Virus record (IMG/VR): IMGVR_UViG_3300042275_000481
Location: 38,172-102,171 of that record
DNA from: a virus
Taxonomy: Duplodnaviria; Heunggongvirae; Uroviricota; Caudoviricetes
Reading direction: 5' to 3' (one strand)
DNA: 64,000 nucleotides
Of the stretch, positions 19,364 through 29,273 are shown piece after piece. How positions within the stretch are numbered: position 1 is the first letter of the stretch; each line of letters begins with the position of its first letter. Below the pieces are notes generated by a model. The model was not told the DNA's origin. It saw only the letters and a list, made by a program, of their open reading frames with translations, and did no database searches. Both the position numbers and the translations under genes were made by a program.

Positions 19364-19621
19364 ATCGTAGTCGCCAATAATACAATAATGTTTATCCTTA
19401 TTATTAGCAATATAATCCACAAATTGTTCCTGATTTCCAATACCTGTGATTTCTGATTGTAAAAACTTTGTCAACCAGCTCTTCTTGTACAAATCTTGGA
19501 AATCCTCAAAAATCTTTTGAGGGTCAGAATAGCCGCTTTCTTGAAAGATTACAGACTCAACTTGTGAGTAGCCTTCAATCATCGGGTAATCTGATAATCT
19601 TTTTTGTATGTATTTCCTCAT
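19364..19621 (-). CDS. RecJ-like DHH-family exonuclease, exon 1 of 2
   Basis: 89-aa ORF ending ...HYCIIGDYD(KRN*). GDYD is the N-terminal half of RecJ motif I. The stop codon lies within the intron. Confidence 0.6.
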
Positions 19622-19637
19622 TTATATCTTTCCTCCT

Positions 19638-20078
19638 TTAATTTCTTAACATTAATAGCACCTTCAATTCATCTGATTGGTTTTCTTCTTTAACCCACTG
19701 ATTAAGCCGTGGGCTTACGTTTGATATTTTTATTTTATCGATATTCTCTAAAAAGAATAATTCTGAGAATTTCTGAGTTGATTCGAATGTTCTCCAAAAC
19801 ATATAGATTTCATATTTTAAATCTTTGTCACCTACGATACTATTAAAGAGGTCCATTACTATATTTAATGAAAATGTATTCAAAACTTTATGTCTCATTA
19901 CAATGCATAATGCGTTCACTTTCATATAAGTTCCTCTTTGAGAATCAATTATTTTAGGTAAATATACTTTGTAGAAGCTATTTGGTAATGTATCATATCT
20001 TTCAAGCACATAACGATAACCTTTTGCTCGTATATCTTCTTTCAAATGCTTTCTTTTTGCTCTTTGATTTTTACTCAT
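19638..20078 (-). CDS. hypothetical protein
   Basis: 146-aa ORF with an RBS. Confidence 0.4.
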   Translation of the reverse strand: MSKNQRAKRKHLKEDIRAKGYRYVLERYDTLPNSFYKVYLPKIIDSQRGTYMKVNALCIVMRHKVLNTFSLNIVMDLFNSIVGDKDLKYEIYMFWRTFESTQKFSELFFLENIDKIKISNVSPRLNQWVKEENQSDELKVLLMLRN

Positions 20079-20121
20079 AAAATACTCCTTTCTAATTGAT
20101 TGTTGATATGGGTTTTAATAT

Positions 20122-20160
20122 TAAAAAAATAGCGGGAATAATCCCGCTATTTATCATAAT
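20122..20160 (-). terminator. intrinsic terminator (agcgggattattcccgct plus T-run)
   Basis: Hairpin followed by a TTTTTTT run on the minus strand, directly downstream of the 20163 ORF. Confidence 0.55.
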
Positions 20161-20162
20161 AT

Positions 20163-20720
20163 TTATTTTAGATACTCGTCTAACACTGTATTTAAACGGT
20201 CTAGCTTAGCAACCTCTAAAACAGGGTGCTCAATGTATCTTTCTGGATGTTTCGCAAAGCGAATAACTTCTTTCACATCTTTTTTCGGATATTGAGTCCA
20301 ATCAAAGACTTTTCTCCCTAGAAGTTTTCCAGAAATGGTGAGTTCTTCTAACCAGTCATAATATTGATCGCGGCCAATTCTATGTTTTTTAAGAACTTCA
20401 AATACTTTCGCATCTGTATTCTTAACTTCAAGAATGACCTTTGCAGCAGTTTTGAAATAAACTGTGCGGTTGGTTAAAATGAGATTTTGTTGTTGCCATA
20501 CATTTTGAGATTGTTTGTATTTTCCAGCTTTTGTGCCATCTTTGTAGCGTCTGGAAAATTTCTCATTTTGTACGTCTAGCTGGGAATAATTTTTCCAAGC
20601 TCTTTTTGCTTTTTGGCGGTCAACTTGAAGTTGGTCAGCCAAAGTGTTGATCATTTGATTCGTGATTTTCTTTTTCTTACTAGTCGCAAGAGTGAAAATC
20701 AAAGTTTCTAAAGCGTTCAT
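20163..20720 (-). CDS. hypothetical protein
   Basis: 185-aa ORF downstream of gap. Confidence 0.4.
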   Translation of the reverse strand: MNALETLIFTLATSKKKKITNQMINTLADQLQVDRQKAKRAWKNYSQLDVQNEKFSRRYKDGTKAGKYKQSQNVWQQQNLILTNRTVYFKTAAKVILEVKNTDAKVFEVLKKHRIGRDQYYDWLEELTISGKLLGRKVFDWTQYPKKDVKEVIRFAKHPERYIEHPVLEVAKLDRLNTVLDEYLK

Positions 20721-20748
20721 GATTTCCTCCTTTTAATTTATTTTTTTG

Positions 20749-21765
20749 TTACTTAATACTCTTCTTAACTAAATATTCTGCAGTTCTAATAAGTTGTGCA
20801 GCATAACTCATTTCATTATCATACCAGGAAATGACCTTAACAAGCTGTTTCCCGTCTACTTCAATAAGTTGAGTTAATTGTCCGTCAACTAATGAACCGT
20901 AAGTCATACCGATTGTATCGCTTGAAACGATTGGGTCTTCTGTGTAACCAAGTGTTTCATTTGCAGCAGCTTTCATTGCGTCATTGATTTCTTGAACTGT
21001 AACATTTCTGCTAAGCTCAACTGTCAAGTCTACAACAGAACCTGTTGCTGTTGGTACACGTAAAGCAATACCATCCAATTTACCTTTTAGTTGAGGTAAT
21101 ACAAGTCCAACTGCTGATGCAGCGCCTGTAGATGTTGGAATAATATTTGATGCAGCTGTTCTGCCGCGTCTTGAATTTACACCTTTTGGATGTGGTCGAT
21201 CTAATGTCACTTGGTCATTTGTATAAGAGTGAACTGTTGTCACATAACCTTTAACAATACCAAATGAATCATCTAAAACTTTTGCAACTGGTGCTAAACA
21301 GTTTGTAGTACAAGATGCACCACTAATTACTGTTTCTGAACCATCAAGTGTTTCATGGTTTACACCAAATACGATCGTTTTTAAGTCACCTTTTGCTGGT
21401 GAATTGATAATAACTTTTTTGGCACCTGCTGTGATGTGCGCCATTGATTTTTCTTTTGACGCATAAAAGCCGGTACATTCTAAAACGACATCAACATTTA
21501 ATTCTCCCCAAGGAAGTTGTGATGCATCTTTTTCAGCATAGATTCTAATCTTTCTCCCGTCAACTACTAAGTAGTCTCCCTCAACGGAAATCTTATCCGA
21601 CATATAACGACCTTGTGTGGTGTCATATTTTAATAGGTGTGCTAATTCAGCAGGATTAGATAAATCGTTAATCGCTACCACTTCAAATGTTGGATTGTCA
21701 TGTACAAGTCTGTACGCTAATCTCCCGATACGACCGAAGCCGTTAATTGCAATTTTTGCAGCCAT
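20749..21765 (-). CDS. gap: type I glyceraldehyde-3-phosphate dehydrogenase
   Basis: N-terminal NGFGRIGR Rossmann motif. Active-site [10 protein letters not shown]. Full-length 338 aa with conserved WYDNE near the C-terminus. Confidence 0.9.
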   Translation of the reverse strand: MAAKIAINGFGRIGRLAYRLVHDNPTFEVVAINDLSNPAELAHLLKYDTTQGRYMSDKISVEGDYLVVDGRKIRIYAEKDASQLPWGELNVDVVLECTGFYASKEKSMAHITAGAKKVIINSPAKGDLKTIVFGVNHETLDGSETVISGASCTTNCLAPVAKVLDDSFGIVKGYVTTVHSYTNDQVTLDRPHPKGVNSRRGRTAASNIIPTSTGAASAVGLVLPQLKGKLDGIALRVPTATGSVVDLTVELSRNVTVQEINDAMKAAANETLGYTEDPIVSSDTIGMTYGSLVDGQLTQLIEVDGKQLVKVISWYDNEMSYAAQLIRTAEYLVKKSIK

Positions 21766-21863
21766 AGTTTATTTCCTCCTTTTATATTTTATTTCACTTC
21801 TCGAACCAATATTATAATATATGTTTAAAGAGAAAGATAGACCATATTGGTCTATCTTTCATT

Positions 21864-22412
21864 TTATTCAGGAATTACTAATATACCATAATTTCCATCA
21901 TTACGTTTGTAAATAGTCGAAATTAAGGCATTATTATCTTTATCTTTGAAAATAAAGAATGAGTGTCCAAGAAGTTCCATTTCTTCAATTGCTTGTTCAC
22001 GAGTTATAGTTTCTAACGGAATAAACTTTTCCCTTGCAATCTTTCCTGTTTCTTCTTGTTCTTCATTATAAATTGCTTCTAATTCTTCTTGTAAATCAAG
22101 AATATTAAAAGCTAATTTATTTCCATTTCTATGCTTCATTCGCATAGTTTTATATTTTCTAATTTGTCCTTCTAATTGATTAACAACTTCAATAACAAGA
22201 GCATAAAAATCTGTACCAGAATGTGACGCTCGGATGTTGCCTGGAATTGCTATTTCTAATTTTAGTTGATGTCCTTCTTTCTTGAGCGTTGCTCTTCCAT
22301 CTACACTATCAACAAACCTCTTTAACTTTTCTACCTTCTCAATAACATAAGTTTTCATTGCATCGGTAAATTCAATTTTTTTCTTGTCTGAGTAGAATTC
22401 CATAATTTTCAT
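21864..22412 (-). CDS. hpf: ribosome hibernation promoting factor (long HPF/YfiA family)
   Basis: N-terminal RaiA/HPF fold region. C-terminal dimerisation domain ...EEMELLGHSFFIFKDKDNNALISTIYKRNDGNYGILVIPE is characteristic of long-form HPF of Firmicutes. Confidence 0.75.
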   Translation of the reverse strand: MKIMEFYSDKKKIEFTDAMKTYVIEKVEKLKRFVDSVDGRATLKKEGHQLKLEIAIPGNIRASHSGTDFYALVIEVVNQLEGQIRKYKTMRMKHRNGNKLAFNILDLQEELEAIYNEEQEETGKIAREKFIPLETITREQAIEEMELLGHSFFIFKDKDNNALISTIYKRNDGNYGILVIPE

Positions 22413-22518
22413 CCCTTCTTTTTTAATTATAATTTATTTCTTCTTCAGGTCATATTTATAATATATAAATAAAAGCATATTTACCCCCTTAAGTCTAGAG
22501 GTAAATATGCCTTATTTT

Positions 22519-22770
22519 TTATGCTAAGAACGCCTCTAGATCCTTTTTAGGTCTATAACCGACCATGGTTTGCATGTCATCTCCATCTAATTTAATTATA
22601 GTTGGGACTCCAGCAATTCCATACGACATAGCTTCTAATTGGCCTTCATCAGTGTCAATGTAATATTCTGTCATATCTAGGTTTTGTTCTTGTTTAATTT
22701 CTTCTAATATTGGTGTGATCATCTTGCAAGCGCCGCAATTTTGGGATTTGAATAATAATATTTTTGCCAT
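22519..22770 (-). CDS. thioredoxin/NrdH-like redoxin
   Basis: 83-aa thioredoxin-fold protein with a CGAC redox motif. cis-Pro region GVPTII. Next to the RNR gene. Confidence 0.65.
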   Translation of the reverse strand: MAKILLFKSQNCGACKMITPILEEIKQEQNLDMTEYYIDTDEGQLEAMSYGIAGVPTIIKLDGDDMQTMVGYRPKKDLEAFLA

Positions 22771-22985
22771 TGTTAGTTCTCCTTATTGTTTTTGTACTTT
22801 TTTAATCTTTGCCCAATCGTTTGTTCAGAGCAGTTAAAAATTCTTGCAATTTCTCTTTTTTTAAGGCCTTGCTCCAGTAATTCTTTCATTTTTTTGTCAT
22901 CTTTTTCTGAAAAATTTTTAGATACTGTATTCTTTTTAGCTTTACTGCTAGATTCTAAAAGTTTAATTGGAATTTTTATATGTTC

Positions 22986-23555
22986 TCATGCTTTTCTCTG
23001 TAATATTTTTGCAACATAACGATCGGATATTTTAAATTTCTTTCCGATTTCTATCATAGATATTCCATCTGAGAATAATTTGAATATTTCAATAATATTT
23101 TCTTTTTTTAACTTTGAATTCTGATGGTCTTCACCTTTTAAAGTGTTTATTAATCCATTTTTATAAGCATGAATAACATTTTTACTAATTGACATTATTT
23201 CTAAATTTCCAATTTTATTATTTAGTTTATTTCCATCTTTATGATTTACGATAAAATTTTTTGGAATTTCACCTATAAAATTTTCTGCAACTAATCTATT
23301 TATTCTAAAGGATTTATTCTTATTATTTTTATGAAGTTTTATAGTATAATATCCTCTTTCTAAAATTCTTTTTTTTATATAGCCATATTGATTTTTAACC
23401 CTGCCAAAATTTGAAATATAATAGTTATTATATCCTTTAATATTCTTTCAAATTTCGTCTAAGATAGGTTTTTGATCTTCAACGATAGGTTTATTAAAAT
23501 TTGCTTTAAGTAAACCGGCTTTAACAGCATGTTTTATATTTTCAGATTGGGTAAC
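22986..23555 (-). pseudogene. decayed HNH homing endonuclease (second NUMOD4-HNH module plus NUMOD1/HTH tail) interrupted by in-frame TGA codons
   Basis: Reading-through translation gives ...NNLE*VTQSENIKHAVKAGLL...DEI*KNIKGYNNYYISNFGRVKN...VNHKDGNKLNNKIGNLEIMSISKNVIHAYKNGLIN... The second TGA falls at the conserved Trp of the NUMOD4 WK-I-GY motif. The 3' part corresponds to ORF 22986-23195. Confidence 0.45.
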
Positions 23556-23870
23556 TCATTCTAAATTGTTCATATGGTTATTGAGTTTGTTTCCATCTTT
23601 ATGATTAACAAAAGATTTATTACTAGGATTATCAATAAACATTATAGCTACTAATCTATGGACCATGAATTGTCTTCTTTCCATATTTTTCTGTAAAGAT
23701 ACTCTATAGTATCCATTTTCAGATAATCCTAGTTTTTTCAATTGTCCCTTATATTTTTTGTTATTAATAACCCTATCTAATGATCTTATATTTCCTAGAT
23801 TTGATACTTGATAGTAACTCTCGTATCCAATTATATCTTTCCATATTTCTGTCATATTACCTACCTCCAA
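23556..23870 (-). CDS. HNH homing endonuclease (NUMOD4 + HNH_3 motifs), free-standing
   Basis: EIWKDIIGYESYYQVSNLGNIRSL (NUMOD4) and VHRLVAIMFIDNP...VNHKDGNKLNNHMNNLE (HNH). Confidence 0.65.
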   Translation of the reverse strand: MEVGNMTEIWKDIIGYESYYQVSNLGNIRSLDRVINNKKYKGQLKKLGLSENGYYRVSLQKNMERRQFMVHRLVAIMFIDNPSNKSFVNHKDGNKLNNHMNNLE

Positions 23871-23933
23871 TTTTTAACTATAATTAATTGTTATAAAAAA
23901 TTAAAAGTAAAATATATGATGTATGCTATAGGG

Positions 23934-24465
23934 CTACAATCTATCAGAAGCACAACTACCAGTAGCACAATCTGGATCTTCATCTGCTTCTTCTTTATAG
24001 TATTCATCAAGTTCTAAATATTTTGTTAGTAATTCGTGGGAAAGGTCATCTAATCCTTCAATAGCTTCTTCATATTCTTCTTTAGTAATAGTTTGATATG
24101 GAGCTTGTGCATATTGATGGTCAGTCAATGGTAAGAATGAAACCGCTGTGAAAGATTTCCAGTTTTCATATAACCATTCTGTTGCTGCTTCCCACTCATC
24201 ATTTTGAACAGATACTGTAATCGATGTATTTTGGTCAGTATAGTGTTCTTGGAATCTCTTATATCTGTCTAGTTGTTCAATAACTGAGACGTCAAATTTA
24301 GTTCTCTTTGCTTCTGATTTAACTGGGAAATATATTACAGCTGTTGTATCAGGTCTTGTAATATCATCTTCAATTCTCCAGTTAAGCTTACTAATCACTT
24401 TGAACATTGGGTTTGTTTTATCAATGCGAATAGTTCTATAATAATATGGACTGTGGCTCATATGT
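23934..24465 (-). CDS. nrdJ: class II (NrdJ-like) ribonucleotide reductase, exon 3 of 3 (C-terminal part)
   Basis: Continues the conserved ...SS-G-x-E-P...Y-x-RR region as (V)HMSHSPYYYRTIRI. C-terminal redox cysteine pair DCATGSCASDRL. Confidence 0.65.
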
Positions 24466-25938
24466 CGTTTTATTCTATCAAGGTCGTTAATCTTGATACG
24501 TTCTCTTATGAACTGCTTATATTTTCATATAAGACTAGACTATATCACGATCCTTCTAAGGATCCTTTCCATTTCGATTTAAGGGATTTTCACCCACCAC
24601 TTGGCCCTACTCCTGTTGACAAATTTATATTAGCGCTTGTCCTTGGGATAGTCGTTGCACATCTAATTTAATTTTAACTTTTCTTTTAAGGTTTCTTCTA
24701 TTTTTAATTTGATTTTTTTCTTAGAGAGACTAGATACATCAATCCTCAAGAGCTGCTCGCCTGCAAAGTTATTTCTAATATTATCCCTTTGTTTAATAAT
24801 TTCAAGTTCCTTTGCTAGACTATCTCTATTAAATGATTCTTTATGAAATCTTCCATCAATTTCTATAAATTTAATATCATCATGTTCTATTTTAAAATCA
24901 AATTCAAATTTATCATTACCTATTTGTTGATAGTAGTTTTGTTGAAATATTATGTTATTTTTTTCTAAAAATAAACGAGTTATTTTTTCTCCATAAGGTT
25001 CTCTTTCACAGGTACATTGTAAATTTTGGTTTATCATATTTACAGTAGTATACCATTCTCTTGGTTTATCATATTTACAATTAATATGTTTTACCTTTAT
25101 TTTAGAATGAGCATTTTTGTAGTTAGATGAATCTAATAATTCAAAACCTTTCTGTTCTAAGAGTTTTTTAACATCTTCAATAGATCTTGTCCTAGATTTA
25201 ACTCGTTTTTCCTGGCCACAAATAGGACACCCAAAGCCGCGAGTTAAATTATTTGGAGAAACTTTTCACTCATGACCACAAATATTATGTCTATGTAATA
25301 TCTTAGTATCTTTATTAATATATTCTTCTAAAGCAATATATTCATTATTATAAATATCATATAGATTCTTTTTATACTCTTGGTTCGTAAGCTTAAATGT
25401 ACCATTGCAAATAGGACATCCATGTTTACCAGATAAAATAGAATTAGGCGTTGTTTTTCACTCATGACCACAAATATTATGTCTAATAGTGATAGCTGTA
25501 CGAGTTCCTTTATATTCTTCTAATGCAGTATATTCATTCTCATAAATATGATGGAGTTTAAATCTAAAAGCTCTATCGTCAAGTATTCTTCCACTACAAA
25601 TAGGACATCGCTGATTTGATGATAAAAATTTTACCAGTGGCATTTTTCATGTGAAACCACAATCTAGATGCTTAAATTCCATCAGTGATTTATTATTAGT
25701 ATAATCTGATTCATTAGAAATTAAAATATATTTTCCATGCCCTTTTTCAAAAACCTCATTTTTTATATCAACAAATTGTTTTCGTTTCATACAATACACT
25801 CTCCCTCTTATTAAAGAATAATATATTGTTTAGTTAAAATTAAATTATTTTGCTCAGGATTACCATATCTTTTGACTTAGGCTTCCCTGAATTAAAAAAG
25901 TTTTCTTATACTATTGCTAGTATAAGGCGCAATATTTT
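24466..25938 (-). mobile_element. group I intron (RNR intron 2) carrying a heavily decayed homing endonuclease gene
   Basis: Proposed 5' splice site after U of ..gctggcgt. The 3' end ...aataaaacg (omega G) is homologous to the end of the ORF-less Clp intron. R (24645-24660) and S (24548-24556) elements present. The 5' portion (aattcagggaagcc...atcctgagc, 25850-25905) resembles the 5' portion of intron 3. Confidence 0.55.
24663..25790 (-). pseudogene. multiply frameshifted homing endonuclease (zinc-ribbon + Vsr/DUF559-like family)
   Basis: ATG at 25788-25790 with an AGGGAG RBS. Fragments are MKRKQFVDIKNEVFEKGHGKYILISNE..., then ...NQRCPICSGR... (25458-25643), then the nuclease-domain remnant IEIDGRFHKES...LLRIDV (24663-25037). 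All are in different frames. Confidence 0.5.
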
Positions 25939-26798
25939 ACGCCAGCGCTACTTGAATTAGCAACTAATCCAAGTGTTCCTGAAGGTTTAACAGCACTTAC
26001 ATTAAGTGAATGAGATAAACCAAGTTCATCAGCATACTCATCTGCAGACCTTCTAATTACTCCGTAAAGCCAATCCATAAATTTATTTTCTTCTTCAATA
26101 TTCATACCTGTTGCTTCAATCATATCCATCCATGAAGATGGTGAAACACCGAGTAATCTATCTTCTTCTTGTGTTTTGTCCCACTCTTCTAATTCAAGCG
26201 TGTTCATGGTGACACGATAAGCAGAACGAGTTAAAACACGAAGGTCTTTTTCAAGTAAATCATAGTTGATAGTTTTATCTTCATTTAGGTAAAATACAAC
26301 ATTGAATGTAACTAAGTTACATGTCTGTTTTGAGCGTAACAAAATCTCGGCACAAGGATTGAGTCCTCTAGCTTGAGGGTGTCTCTTCTTGATTTCACTT
26401 TCATTCATAAATCCTGGTTCACCGAATGACTTGATATTCTCCATCCAAGCAGTTACTTCTTCCTTAGTTGGTTCATATCCTTCTTCGACAACCATTGTAT
26501 TATTTGAAATCCAATAGTGAGAAATTTTTCTATCACTAAAATCCGTGAAGTTTGTTTTGGCTTTTGCCATTTCATCATCTGTTCTTGAGAATAGTGCAAT
26601 CATAGCACTTCTTCTTACACCACCAACAACAATCGCTTCAGCAATTGAGTTTGCAATGTGCATCATATGAATTGGTCTTAGTTTTCCATCAATTGGCGCT
26701 TTTGTAAGAATGTTTCCGTGACTATCTAAATAATCTCCAGTAACAACTTCATGCATCTTTTTGATAGATTGAATGAATGGTTCGGCACCACTTGCATA
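25939..26798 (-). CDS. nrdJ: class II (NrdJ-like) ribonucleotide reductase, exon 2 of 3
   Basis: Contains GGVRRSA, the active-site loop NPCAEI (N-x-C-x-E) and the KPSGTLGLVANSSSAG motif. The exon ends inside the Val codon ahead of intron 2. Confidence 0.7.
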
Positions 26799-27987
26799 CA
26801 TATGTTAGCTCATAGTTTCTTATGAGATCAGACTATATCTTCAACCCTAGAACTATCTAGGATTGCCTCGCACTTCGAACTATAAGTTCTACTCTACTCA
26901 CTTCTTTACTTAGATTATGTTCTAAGCTATGTTTTCGATAGTCGTTGCACGTTCAAATATATCATCTAGAATTTCATGTATCTGACTAATTTGATTATAT
27001 CTTATTCTTATTAAATTGATATTATTTTCTTTTGCTATTTCATTTTTTCTGAAGTCATTTTCTTTCAAAATTTTGAATGATTCTTCCCCACCCCAATTAT
27101 CTTGAGGTATAAAATGTTGTATTCCGTCAAACTCAACTATTAAATTTTTTTCTTTAATCCAAAAATCCAATCTTAAATTTCCAAATAATTTATGCGTTTT
27201 ATTATATTTATATTTAATATTTTTAGAATTCAAATAATCTATAATAATTCGTTCACCATTTGAAGCTTGACAAAATGGACATCTTTGACCTTGTTGAAAG
27301 TCATTAGGTCTCATAACAAAAGTATTTTTGCATTTTTTATGATAATGTTTTATTTTTGTATATGAATTAATATATTCCTCATTTACAGTATATTGATTAG
27401 AACCTAATTTCTTAACTAAATTTTTATACTGTTGATGTGTTTTTCTAATTCCGCCATTGCAAACCGGGCATCTTCTTCCAGCTGAGATGAATTTATTGGC
27501 TGTTGCATAGTAATCATTTCCACATTTTTTATGTGTAAATTTCAACTTACTGTGATTATTCTCATAATTACCTTCAACTATATACTCATCTTGTACTAGA
27601 TCATATATTTGTTTTTGTATATCTTCTAGTGTGAATGCATGAAATTTTTTTCTTTTTTCATTAGCACATAACGGACAACGTCTTCCTTGTTTGAATTTAT
27701 CAGGTGTTACTGAATAAATATTACCGCAAGCAAGATGTTCTACTTTTAATTTAGTTTTCGAAGTAGTATAAGTTTCTAACCATTTATACTCATTCGCATC
27801 ATCAAATTTTTTATTAATATCATTTAAGAATTTTTTATGTTTAGTCATTTTAATACAGTCCCTTCTATAATAATATATAAGCTTCGCTCAGGATTGTCTC
27901 CATCATTACATGGTAAGAGTTTCCCTGAATTCACGAGGTTGCTATAATATATTGTTATATTAAGGTGGCTATGCTTTTGGGGCGTTA
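26799..27987 (-). mobile_element. group I intron (RNR intron 1) carrying an intact homing endonuclease gene
   Basis: Exon 1 ends ...TFGG with U before the in-intron TAA. The intron ends in G just before tat-gca-agt (YASGAEP). R (26927-26940) and S (26830-26838) elements present. Confidence 0.6.
26922..27848 (-). CDS. intron-encoded homing endonuclease: four tandem zinc-ribbon (CxxC...CPxC) modules plus a C-terminal Vsr/DUF559-like PD-(D/E)xK nuclease domain
   Basis: Repeats of H..CGN.Y...P..F..G.RCP.C. C-terminal IVEFDGIQHF...D...K...INLIRIRY. The 3' end reads through the R element of the intron core. Confidence 0.6.
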   Translation of the reverse strand: MTKHKKFLNDINKKFDDANEYKWLETYTTSKTKLKVEHLACGNIYSVTPDKFKQGRRCPLCANEKRKKFHAFTLEDIQKQIYDLVQDEYIVEGNYENNHSKLKFTHKKCGNDYYATANKFISAGRRCPVCNGGIRKTHQQYKNLVKKLGSNQYTVNEEYINSYTKIKHYHKKCKNTFVMRPNDFQQGQRCPFCQASNGERIIIDYLNSKNIKYKYNKTHKLFGNLRLDFWIKEKNLIVEFDGIQHFIPQDNWGGEESFKILKENDFRKNEIAKENNINLIRIRYNQISQIHEILDDIFERATTIENIA

Positions 27988-28986
27988 ACCACCGAAGGTT
28001 TTGAGTGGCTCTCCAGCTGGTCGGATGTTATTAAACACCATTCTAATATTCTTATAATCATGGTCAATTTCATAACTCATGTATTTTAAGAATTCAGTTA
28101 CAGCTTTACCCCAACCATCTCTGCTGTCTCCAACAATAATTGAAATAGTTCCATCAAGTTTTAGAACCTGAGTTTTGTCTTTTCTCATTGTCTTTGGAAG
28201 TGGGTTGTAAGGCACAACTTGTAATTTTACATCGCTTCTAAATCTTGGAAGTTTTTCTGCAACATCCCAAGTAATTCTGTATCCAACTCCAGCACCAACA
28301 GATAATAGATATAAAATATCATAGAATGAGTCTAATGTGTCTGGTTCAATAAATGAGCAGTTGAATAAACTTAAAGGATAACGTTCTGCAGCACTTGATC
28401 CACCTGTGAACATTGCACGTCCACTAAGGAAAGCTCTAAGATTAAACTGCATGTCAAATAATTGCTCAGCTTCTCTTTTAAGAAACTGCATAACTTTTTC
28501 TTCACGTTCACGAGTATCCATATTGATATTATGGTCTGTGGCACGTAAAATTGTTTCTTTAAATGTTTCTCGTCTACCTAATTCAACTACATCTCGACTA
28601 TATGTTCTCAAATAAGTAAATTTACTTACAGGGCCCATATGTTTTGGGTAGCTGTCATAGTTCACAAGGAAACTCGGTGCTAAGTACTCAGAGCTATAAA
28701 CAACATCTTTCAACGATTCTCTTCGTTTCGCTCTTGCATTTCTTCTTAATATATAATGCTCAACAGCTTCAGGATATTCCCTGATTGCATGTTGCACTTT
28801 GTTTTGAATCTCTTCTATTCCAATACCATCATAAACAACTACAGATTTAGCCATCTCTTGAATCTTTGAGTATAGTTCCTCTGCTCTTTCTTCTCCATAA
28901 GTCTCTCTGAACGCTTTGTAGATTGCCTGTTCGATTTTGGAGACATCGAATTTTTGCAATTCACCAGTTCTTTTACGAATATACAT
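27988..28986 (-). CDS. nrdJ: class II (NrdJ-like) ribonucleotide reductase, exon 1 of 3 (ATP-cone N-terminus)
   Basis: N-terminal ATP-cone (RKRTGELQKFDVSKIEQAI). Exon ends ...KTFGG. Confidence 0.7.
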
Positions 28987-29273
28987 GACCCATCATCCTT
29001 TCCCTCAATTTCACAAAAAACGGGATATAAGGCTAATATGCTTAAGTGTATAACAACCTTATTTCTTCTAGACATGAAGTATAATTTTTTAGTAAGAAAT
29101 TTTTATTGTTATTCATAAACATATCATCTTTTGTTTTTCAGAAATTGGACAGTAACCACTGTCAGAAGTATTTCTTAATTTATTGTTGTTAGGATTTTTC
29201 GTTTTTAAATTATATACTTTTTGTAAAAAATTTAATCAAAAAAAGAAGGATTCGAAAATCCTTCTTATATTAG

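Noticed and set aside
20749-22770. Interpretation of gap/hpf/trx as captured host chromosome (i.e. the window being bacterial)
   Set aside because: Flanking genes on both sides are phage-type: intron-split RecJ-like and RNR genes, and homing endonucleases. The genes are individually terminator-bounded in the same orientation as the phage genes. No bacterial operon partners (cggR, pgk, tpi) are present.
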